Positions 57,036 through 64,000 of a stretch of 64,000 nt of DNA are shown in pieces (the stretch's first letter is position 1; the number at the start of each line of letters is the position of its first letter). The translations under genes and the position numbers were made by a program. Source of the stretch: Candidatus Tayloriibacteriota bacterium (GTDB lineage Bacteria; Patescibacteriota; Minisyncoccia; Phycocordibacterales; PALSA-1337); assembly GCA_016215455.1 (NCBI GenBank), contig JACRJP010000002.1:87622-151621 (forward strand), given 5' to 3'. The notes beneath the pieces are model-generated. The model ran no database searches, was not told the origin of the DNA, and saw only the letters and a list, made by a program, of their open reading frames with translations.

Positions 57036-59495
57036 ATGCCAAAGACACCAGCAAAAACTACGTCACAAGAGCGATTAATCCTTCTTGATGCACATGCAAT
57101 CCTTCATCGTGCATATCATGCTCTTCCTGATTTCATGTCGACGAAAGGAGAACCTACAGGAGCTTTGTATGGTCTTGCAACAATGCTCATTAAGATCATT
57201 CAGGACCTGAAGCCAACATATATTGTTGCGTGTTACGATCTTCCTCAACCAACATATCGTCATGAGGTATATAAGGATTATAAAGCGGGACGTAAAAAGG
57301 CTGAACCTGAGCTTGTCTCACAGATGAAACGGTCACGTGACGTGTTCACTGCTTTTGATATTCCTATATATGACAATCCAGGATTTGAAGCTGATGACAT
57401 GCTCGGTACGATTGTTGAACAGGTTCTCAAAGGAAAAGAATTTAAAAATATCGATGTTGTTATTGCTTCAGGTGATATGGACACTCTTCAGCTTATTGAA
57501 GGAAAAAGAATCCAGGTATACACGTTAAAGAAGGGAATAAAAGATACTATTTTGTACGATGAAGAAGGAGTAATGAATCGATTTGGTTTTGGTCCAAAAC
57601 TTTTACCCGACTACAAAGGTCTTCGAGGAGACACTTCAGATAATATTATCGGTATTAAAGGTATTGGAGAAAAAACTGGCAGTATTCTCATTCAAACATT
57701 CGGTACGATTGAAAATATGTATAAGGAGCTCGATAAGAGCGACGAGCCTTTTAAAAAAGTAGGAATTACTCCACGTATCATAGACCTTCTAAAAAATGGA
57801 AAAGAAGAAGCAATGTTCAGTAAGATGCTCGCTTCAATTCGTCGAGATGCTCCAATTAAATTTTCTTTGCCGCATCCATGGAAGAGTGCTATTGATATGA
57901 AAAAGATCGATATGTTATGTGCAGATCTCGATTTCCGTACTCTCGGTGCTCGTGTTCGTGAAGCTATATCAGGTAAGATTGCATCAACAAAAAATAGCTC
58001 AACACAGTCTTCTGATGAGGGTTATCATGTTGCGTATGGAGAAGGAGAGGGTGATATAGAAACACATGATGGTGATACTCCAGAAACTATCGATGAAAAA
58101 GAATTACAGGAGACATTACTCGCTCTCTGGGTGGCTGATTCAAACAAAACGAATCCAACACTCGATGATATCTACACATTTGCTGGTGTTCGTAACTTTG
58201 CTCAGGCACGTGAGATTATATTCAACGAACTCAAAAAACGTGGAGGTGAAAAGATTCTTGAGACAATAGAAAAGCCACTTACACCTGTTCTTAAAAAGAT
58301 GCAGGACTATGGTATCAAGATTGATGTTACATATCTCAAGAAACTTTCGGAGGACTATCATATTGAGCTCGAAAAGATTCAAAAGAAGATTTGGGAATAT
58401 GCCGGTGAGGAATTTAATGTTGCTTCTCCAAAACAACTAGGTGAAATTTTGTTCGTAAAGATGGGACTCAAGGTAAAGAATCAAAAAAAGACAGGAACAG
58501 GTGCTTTTTCAACAAAAGAATCTGAGCTCGAAAAACTTCGTGAGACACACCCGATTATTGAGGAGATTCTCAAGTATCGAGAATTCGCAAAGCTTTTGGG
58601 TACATATATTGATGTGATTCCTACACTCGTTGATGATGGTAATCGTCTTCATACAACATTTATTCAATCAGGTGCTGCGACTGGTCGCATGGCATCTGAA
58701 AATCCTGGTATTCAAAATATTCCGAATAAGACAGAACTCGGACGCGCTATTCGTCGGGCCTTTATTGCGGAGAAGGGAATGAAGTTGCTTGCATTCGATT
58801 ATTCTCAAATTGAATTACGTATCGCAGCTTTTCTATCAGGTGATGAGAAACTCATTTCTATTTTTAAAAATGGTGAAGACGTTCACACCGCAGTTGCTTC
58901 ACAAGTATTTGGTATTCCGCTTGATAAGGTTGATAAAGAAATGCGACGACAAGCAAAAGTCATTAACTTCGGTGTCATGTATGGTATGGGAGTAAATGCA
59001 TTACGACAAAATCTTGGTACGGATCGTGCTGCTGCTCAGAAATTCTATGATGAATACTTTGCTAAGTTTTCAGGACTCGCAACATATCTTGAAAAGACAA
59101 AAGCAGAGACTGCTCTAAAAGGCTATACTGAGACGTTTTTTGGACGTCGCCGTTACTTCGAGGGTATTCGTTCAAAACTTCCTTTTATCCGTGCATCTGC
59201 TGAACGTATGGCAATCAATGCTCCTATTCAAGGAACTGAAGCGGATATTGTAAAGATCGCTATGATACGAGTGGATGAGTGGCTTACTGAAAAGAAATTC
59301 GGTGATAGTGTTCGTATGCTACTTCAAGTGCATGATGAACTTGTGTTTGAGGTTGAAGAAAAAATGATTCCTAAGATTGTCCCTGATATTCAGAGAATTA
59401 TGCAATCTGTTATTGATCCAAAAGAAACAAAGGGTGTTGTTTGTACAACTGAAGCGAAGGTGGGGGATACATGGGAAGATATGGATAAGTTATAA
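57036..59495 (+). CDS. polA: DNA polymerase I (5'-3' exonuclease + polymerase domains)
   Basis: FEN-type N-terminus (LLDAHAILHRAYHAL). Polymerase motifs RRQAKVINFGVMYGMG and QVHDELVFE. 819 aa. Confidence 0.9.
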   Translation: MPKTPAKTTSQERLILLDAHAILHRAYHALPDFMSTKGEPTGALYGLATMLIKIIQDLKPTYIVACYDLPQPTYRHEVYKDYKAGRKKAEPELVSQMKRSRDVFTAFDIPIYDNPGFEADDMLGTIVEQVLKGKEFKNIDVVIASGDMDTLQLIEGKRIQVYTLKKGIKDTILYDEEGVMNRFGFGPKLLPDYKGLRGDTSDNIIGIKGIGEKTGSILIQTFGTIENMYKELDKSDEPFKKVGITPRIIDLLKNGKEEAMFSKMLASIRRDAPIKFSLPHPWKSAIDMKKIDMLCADLDFRTLGARVREAISGKIASTKNSSTQSSDEGYHVAYGEGEGDIETHDGDTPETIDEKELQETLLALWVADSNKTNPTLDDIYTFAGVRNFAQAREIIFNELKKRGGEKILETIEKPLTPVLKKMQDYGIKIDVTYLKKLSEDYHIELEKIQKKIWEYAGEEFNVASPKQLGEILFVKMGLKVKNQKKTGTGAFSTKESELEKLRETHPIIEEILKYREFAKLLGTYIDVIPTLVDDGNRLHTTFIQSGAATGRMASENPGIQNIPNKTELGRAIRRAFIAEKGMKLLAFDYSQIELRIAAFLSGDEKLISIFKNGEDVHTAVASQVFGIPLDKVDKEMRRQAKVINFGVMYGMGVNALRQNLGTDRAAAQKFYDEYFAKFSGLATYLEKTKAETALKGYTETFFGRRRYFEGIRSKLPFIRASAERMAINAPIQGTEADIVKIAMIRVDEWLTEKKFGDSVRMLLQVHDELVFEVEEKMIPKIVPDIQRIMQSVIDPKETKGVVCTTEAKVGDTWEDMDKL

Positions 59496-59501
59496 AAATA
59501 C

Positions 59502-60215
59502 ATGCTATACGTTTTTTGTGGAGACATTGTAAAAGCAAAGAAAAAAGCGCGCGAGTTAGCGAAGGTACTTCTCACCAAGAAACCTGACGCTTCACTATTT
59601 GAACTTACTCCGGATTCATGGAATGAAGCCGCTTTTCAGGAGTATCTTGGAGGTCAGGGACTTTTTGAAAAAAAATATATTGTTCTCATGCACGAATTAG
59701 CGAGTCATAAACAAACAAAAGACTTTTTTCTTGATAATCTCAAAGAACTTAAGGCTTCTGAAAATGTTTTTGTTCTTGTTGAAGGAGAATTAACAAAAAA
59801 AGATCAAGCTCCTCTTGAAAAAAACGCTGAAAAACTCCAATCGTTTGATGTTTCTGAGAAAATAAATAAAAAAGAATTTAATATTTTTGCTCTTACAGAT
59901 GCAATTGGTCGCCGTGATGCAATTGCTGCGTGGACTATATTTACTCAGGCACAGATGGCAGGAATGGAAGCTGAACAGATTCATGGCATGATTGCATGGC
60001 AACTTAAGGCGATGGCGCTTGCTCAGGTCTCAAAAGATGCAAAATCATCAGGACTCAATCCGTTTGTATTTACTAAAGCTGTGGCTGCTGCAAAGAAATA
60101 TTCACAAGAAGAAGTTGTTTCTCTCTATAACAAGCTCATTCGTGACTATCACAATTCACGTAGAGGAATGATTGATTTTTCTCTTGCTACCGAACAATTT
60201 TTGTTGAGTTTGTAA
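59502..60215 (+). CDS. holA: DNA polymerase III delta subunit-like (HolA-like)
   Basis: Begins MLYVFCGD (the iYllyGed-type start). Three-domain helical architecture. 237 aa. Assignment by pattern only. Confidence 0.4.
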   Translation: MLYVFCGDIVKAKKKARELAKVLLTKKPDASLFELTPDSWNEAAFQEYLGGQGLFEKKYIVLMHELASHKQTKDFFLDNLKELKASENVFVLVEGELTKKDQAPLEKNAEKLQSFDVSEKINKKEFNIFALTDAIGRRDAIAAWTIFTQAQMAGMEAEQIHGMIAWQLKAMALAQVSKDAKSSGLNPFVFTKAVAAAKKYSQEEVVSLYNKLIRDYHNSRRGMIDFSLATEQFLLSL

Positions 60216-60241
60216 AATAAAAATATGAAGCAGAGCTTCAC

Positions 60242-61321
60242 TTAGTAACGGGCAACCTTCCAGCTTATTTTTTGACCTGCTCGGAAGGGGACGATCTTCG
60301 TTACGAATTTTGCCCCATTTCGCACGTCGTAGGCGAGGGGTACCGTCCAAGCCCGCTTCACCATAGTGAGCATTCTGGTTCTCCGCTTAATCCCATAGAA
60401 TGCGAGACCAAACTGACTTGAGAATCCTGCAAGACGTTCGAGAGCCTCATGTTTTTCGAACAATTCAACGAGCAAGGGGAGAGCAACGGGTGTTGTCCAA
60501 ACTCCAGCAGCACAACAATCAGCCTCCTTCTTGTCGAAGGGATGAGGCGCTGAGTCTGTTCCCCAGAAGAATTTGGGATCCCCTGAGATTGCGGCTCGCA
60601 CAAGAGCATCCCGGTCTTCGGGGCGCTTGGCATACGGGCGACACGCATGGTGTGGCCTGAGAAATTCACCTGCTCCAACAGGATCACACAACACATTGTT
60701 GAGGGTGAGAAAGAGATGATGCAAGGTGATACTTGCCGCAACCGTTTTCCCAAGATTTCGAACCAAATCAACAGCCGCTTTGGTGGTGATGTGTTCGAGA
60801 ACAATCCGCAGTGTCGGGAAATCCCGATGAAGTTGTCGAAGATATTCAAAGAAGAATTCTTCTCGATCGAGAACGAAGACATCTCCTCCGACTTCGCCGT
60901 GAATACAGAGAATCACCCCTGTGTCTTCCATGGCTTTGAATGTCGGGTATAGCTCGCGGAGCTTGTCCAAGTCGACACCGTCTGCTGAATTGGTCGTGAC
61001 ACCGACGGGATACATCTTCGCCGCAACAACACCCAACTTCTTGGCTTGAATGATGATATCCGGCGTGGTTTCCATTGTGAGCTTGATGAGGGTAAGTGGG
61101 AGAAACGAAGCGTTTGCTCCTCGGGCTGACCTCATGATGTCCGATTGGTAACGGCAAGCATCCTCACCGGTAAGAATGGGAGGGTTTGTGTTGGGCATGA
61201 CGATCGCACCATCAAAATGTCGTGCCGTGAGTCTCGTGACAAGACGCATGAGAGGACCTTGTCTCAGATGCGTATGCATATCGAAAGGACGAGGGATACG
61301 GAACATGGGAACTGATGTCAT
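60242..61321 (-). CDS. pyrC: Dihydroorotase (E. coli PyrC-type, class II)
   Basis: RPFDMHTHLRQG metal-binding start. Other blocks: AIVMPNTNPP, KMYP..TTNS, HGEV, LEHITT, GTDSAPH. Clearly GC-rich. Confidence 0.85.
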   Translation of the reverse strand: MTSVPMFRIPRPFDMHTHLRQGPLMRLVTRLTARHFDGAIVMPNTNPPILTGEDACRYQSDIMRSARGANASFLPLTLIKLTMETTPDIIIQAKKLGVVAAKMYPVGVTTNSADGVDLDKLRELYPTFKAMEDTGVILCIHGEVGGDVFVLDREEFFFEYLRQLHRDFPTLRIVLEHITTKAAVDLVRNLGKTVAASITLHHLFLTLNNVLCDPVGAGEFLRPHHACRPYAKRPEDRDALVRAAISGDPKFFWGTDSAPHPFDKKEADCCAAGVWTTPVALPLLVELFEKHEALERLAGFSSQFGLAFYGIKRRTRMLTMVKRAWTVPLAYDVRNGAKFVTKIVPFRAGQKISWKVARY

Positions 61322-61413
61322 ATCTCAGTAAGAGTCGTAGTTTATGAATGAACGCTTGATCCATATTACTTACCACAATAAGAAAAGCAAATAAAAATGC
61401 TGCCACAAATTGG

Positions 61414-62415
61414 TCAGCGATATGCGAGCCCCCGCTTATAGCGGATACTCTCATCTATGGTGGTTGCAACCATTGTCGGCGCAAGGAAGGCGATCGATCC
61501 CAACGAAATCGCATCAGCTCCAGCATCCAAGACTTCTTTGGCTGTGCGAGGAGAAGTGATTCCGCCTCCACCGATGATTGGTTTTCTGATTCCAGTGGCG
61601 CGCGCCTCTTTGATCCAACTCGTCACCATTGCGTGAAGAGGGGTTCCTGAGATACCGCCTCTGCCTTTGGGACCGAAGCGGTGTTCAAGAGGCGAGGTTG
61701 TCGTTCCAAAATACGACATCCTCAGTTCATCACTCGCCGCATTCCATGGTAGGGTGTTGAAGACGCATAAGGCTGCACATGCAGGTTCAACTGCAATTGT
61801 TCGTGCGATAGTCACAGGTGTCCCTGGCGAAAGCTTGACGATGTAGGGGACATCGAATTCATCTTTCGCTGCACGGAGCACGGGAACCACTTCGTCGGTG
61901 AACTCAGTGGGGTCGTGTCCTGTGTTGGGACAACTGAAATTAATCTGCACCCCAAATGGAGCCTTGAACTCCGGTTTCTTGTCGCGAAGCATTCGTGTCA
62001 TCGCAACAATTTCAGTAAGGCGTTGCGACGGAGTGTCTGCGACAGACATGATCGAAATCATGAAAGGTTCTGGCCATCTTTGCCAAAATCCTTGCTCGAG
62101 CAGAAATTCCATTCCAGGTCCGGAAAGACCAACTGCATTGATTGCGGCGCCTGTCCGTCGGTTGACGTGGATACATTTCGGCATCCACTCGCAGGGAGTG
62201 ACCCCGTCTGGTTTCAGGGGCATATTTCCTGCCCGAGCGTTCAGGGTAGTGGTCTTGCTCACGAATGTTGAACCATTGAAGTTAAGACCAAAAGGTTTGA
62301 GAAGATGGTGATACCACCAGCCTTTGCCGTGAAAATTACGAACGCCTGATGCGTCGATTACAGGAGAAAAGGGAATTCCCTCGAGATACAGTGTCTCTGA
62401 TCCAAGTGTGTGCAT
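61414..62415 (-). CDS. pyrD: Dihydroorotate dehydrogenase family protein (class 1-like, Cys active site)
   Basis: ASG motif (VIDASGV), active-site NFSCPNTG, FMN-binding PIIGGGGI...AGADAISLGS. GC-rich. Confidence 0.7.
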   Translation of the reverse strand: MHTLGSETLYLEGIPFSPVIDASGVRNFHGKGWWYHHLLKPFGLNFNGSTFVSKTTTLNARAGNMPLKPDGVTPCEWMPKCIHVNRRTGAAINAVGLSGPGMEFLLEQGFWQRWPEPFMISIMSVADTPSQRLTEIVAMTRMLRDKKPEFKAPFGVQINFSCPNTGHDPTEFTDEVVPVLRAAKDEFDVPYIVKLSPGTPVTIARTIAVEPACAALCVFNTLPWNAASDELRMSYFGTTTSPLEHRFGPKGRGGISGTPLHAMVTSWIKEARATGIRKPIIGGGGITSPRTAKEVLDAGADAISLGSIAFLAPTMVATTIDESIRYKRGLAYR

Positions 62416-62509
62416 ATGCGCAGTATGGAGGTGATATGAGCAGTTGAAACTCCCGTAGTTTTAACATACTTTATATATAAAACCAAACCTTAGTTTTTGC
62501 TGTAATTAG

Positions 62510-62582
62510 TGCACCCAGTTGGAATCGAACCAACGACCCTCTGCTTAAAAGGCAGGTGCTCTACCGACTGAGCTATGGGTGC
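62510..62582 (-). tRNA. tRNA-Lys (anticodon UUU), CCA not encoded
   Basis: Reverse complement gcacccatagctcagtcggtagagcacctgcctTTTaagcagagggtcgttggttcgattccaactgggtgca. Confidence 0.8.
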
Positions 62583-62603
62583 AAGTGCATGCAATATACC
62601 ACA

Positions 62604-62960
62604 CTAGAGCGGCCAATCAAGGGCCAGCATACCTGCTCCTGAGAAGATGAGAGAAAGTGACATTGCAAGAAGGAGTATGTAGTAGTTTACTCCCGCAGTG
62701 AGGAATGAACGAGTTTTCATCTTATGAACGAGTTGCACTACGAGAATGAAAGAAGCAACGATTGCAGCGAGTTGTGTGAGAAGACCAACAATGAACAGGA
62801 TACCAAGAATGAGAGTAATGATTCCAAAAAGTACGAGTTCTTTTTCTTTTGTTTTTATTCGTTTGTAGCCGATATAAAAGAATACGACACCGAGCACTAT
62901 ACGAATAATGATTGGAGCGATTAAGTTGTACGTAAGCAAAGTTGGGAACATATTAAGCAT
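62604..62960 (-). CDS. DoxX-family small membrane protein
   Basis: 118 aa, four TM helices, RIVLGVVFFYIGYKRI-type N-terminal motif. Confidence 0.5.
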   Translation of the reverse strand: MLNMFPTLLTYNLIAPIIIRIVLGVVFFYIGYKRIKTKEKELVLFGIITLILGILFIVGLLTQLAAIVASFILVVQLVHKMKTRSFLTAGVNYYILLLAMSLSLIFSGAGMLALDWPL

Positions 62961-62981
62961 ATATGTTAGTATATCACGCGT

Positions 62982-63488
62982 ATGAATAACGTCACGCTAC
63001 TACTCCATGATATTAGAAGTGTCCATAATGTTGGATCTATTTTCCGAACTGCAGAGTGTTTGGGTGTAACAAAGATTGTGGTATCAGGAGTTACTCCGGC
63101 ACCTATTGATCGGTTTGAAAAAAAGCGCGCTGATTTTGCCAAAGTTGCCCTGGGAGCAGAAGATATGGTGCCCTGGGAGATTATTACTGATGCAAAAGAA
63201 TATATCGAAGCCTTTAAACAGGGAAGATTATCAGGAATGACCGAAAAAGGTTTTGTGATTGTTCTTGAACAAGATCAAAAATCTGTAGATTACAAAAAAG
63301 TAGAGGTACCTGTGAATACTCCTGTATTAGTCGTATTGGGTAATGAGGTAAGTGGCGCACCACAAGAGCATCTCAACCTTGCTAATGTCATCGCTGAAAT
63401 ACCTCAAGCAGGTCTCAAAGAATCTCTTAATGTAAGTGTCGCTGCTGCGATTGTTCTTTTTCGATGGTTCGACAATCGAAGTGTATAG
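62982..63488 (+). CDS. SpoU/TrmH-family (SPOUT class IV) RNA 2'-O-methyltransferase
   Basis: HNVGSIFRTAECLG, VLGNEVSG and LNVSVAAAIVL motifs. Confidence 0.75.
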   Translation: MNNVTLLLHDIRSVHNVGSIFRTAECLGVTKIVVSGVTPAPIDRFEKKRADFAKVALGAEDMVPWEIITDAKEYIEAFKQGRLSGMTEKGFVIVLEQDQKSVDYKKVEVPVNTPVLVVLGNEVSGAPQEHLNLANVIAEIPQAGLKESLNVSVAAAIVLFRWFDNRSV

Positions 63489-63505
63489 GTCTACAATTGT
63501 AGTAT

Positions 63506-63979
63506 ATGAACATTCGACCCCTCGAGAAAAAAGACACACCAGAAGTTGCTCAACTGATTCATGCTACATGGTATACCCATGCTGACATTGAATCTGGTTT
63601 TCTTCGTAAAGAATACCTTGAGAGTATCGATATTGATTACTATCTGAGACTTTGTTTTGGTTCTGATACAAATTTCATGTTTGTTGCTGAAGAAAATGGC
63701 AAAATTATTGGTTGTTGTCGAGTCGAGATACAGGAGGCTGAGCCAGTACTGGTGAGTGATCGACTTGCATATATTCACGACATTATTGTCGATGAAGATT
63801 TTCAACGACATCATGTAGCAACAGCACTGCTTGAAACAATTGAAACTTTTGTTAAAAAAGATCTAAAGATACATCTCATCAAGTCTCGTGTCTATACATT
63901 CAACACTGCCGCGACTGGTTTGTTTGAGAAACGACACTATAAAGATCTTTATTCAGAATTCTATAAGAAACTTGATTAG
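63506..63979 (+). CDS. GNAT-family N-acetyltransferase
   Basis: 157 aa. Acetyl-CoA motif region IHDIIVDEDFQRHHVATALLE. Confidence 0.6.
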   Translation: MNIRPLEKKDTPEVAQLIHATWYTHADIESGFLRKEYLESIDIDYYLRLCFGSDTNFMFVAEENGKIIGCCRVEIQEAEPVLVSDRLAYIHDIIVDEDFQRHHVATALLETIETFVKKDLKIHLIKSRVYTFNTAATGLFEKRHYKDLYSEFYKKLD

Positions 63980-64000
63980 GTACGTGTAGTTAGTTTTTGG

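Noticed and set aside
60358-60882. 174 aa minus-strand ORF
   Set aside because: It is an alternative frame inside pyrC. High GC suppresses stop codons and generates such frames. The pyrC frame has end-to-end family motifs.
1-64000. CRISPR arrays, rRNA genes, IS transposases, toxin-antitoxin pairs
   Set aside because: I looked for regularly spaced direct repeats, rRNA-like conserved blocks and DDE/HTH transposase ORFs and found none. The tandem repeat at 55431-55450 is only two units.

Overview
This 64 kb window is AT-rich, compact, one-codon-table bacterial chromosome, with TGA used as a stop codon. It holds the replication-origin neighbourhood: rpmH-rnpA-yidC divergent from dnaA-dnaN, with DnaA-box-like 9-mers in both flanking intergenic regions. 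The gene content and style suggest a small-genome, Patescibacteria/CPR-like organism; that is an inference from context, not a search result. There are many prepilin genes, few biosynthetic genes, and many short or overlapping gene junctions.

The window begins with a type IV pilus block of prepilin-type proteins plus PilC and a PilB ATPase. A housekeeping stretch follows: nusA, ppa, tig, rsmE, an IMPase-family gene, a TrmB-family regulator, clpP, rny, hup, a cluster of four tRNAs with an RNHCP-domain gene, a CCA-adding enzyme, xth, a Xer-like tyrosine recombinase, rpsO, a NYN-domain gene, pnp, an M23/LysM peptidase, pcrA/uvrD and ksgA.

The most striking feature is an 11-gene, 12.5 kb co-directional operon at about 30.1-42.6 kb. 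It is built almost entirely of secreted or membrane proteins around a VirB4/TrbE-like ATPase, a VirB6/TrbL-like polytopic protein and a VirB2/TrbC-like pilin-topology protein. I read it as a type-IV-secretion-like, Gram-positive-style cell-surface apparatus with several unrecognisable components.

After the origin come PBP1A, tyrS, ruvC-yebC-ruvB, a second PilB-family ATPase, tsaE, polA, a holA-like gene, trmH-like and GNAT genes. Three short patches are conspicuously G+C-rich against the AT-rich background:
- a lipoprotein gene at 55.5-56.1 kb;
- a highly structured non-coding segment at 56.64-56.9 kb;
- a pyrD-pyrC (dihydroorotate dehydrogenase / dihydroorotase) pair lying directly next to tRNA-Lys at 60.2-62.6 kb, which looks like a horizontally acquired islet.

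Several long non-coding gaps carry structured or GC-rich cores and perfect DnaA boxes inside hairpin loops. These are candidate ncRNA genes or element remnants that cannot be resolved without covariance-model searches. No CRISPR array or rRNA was seen.
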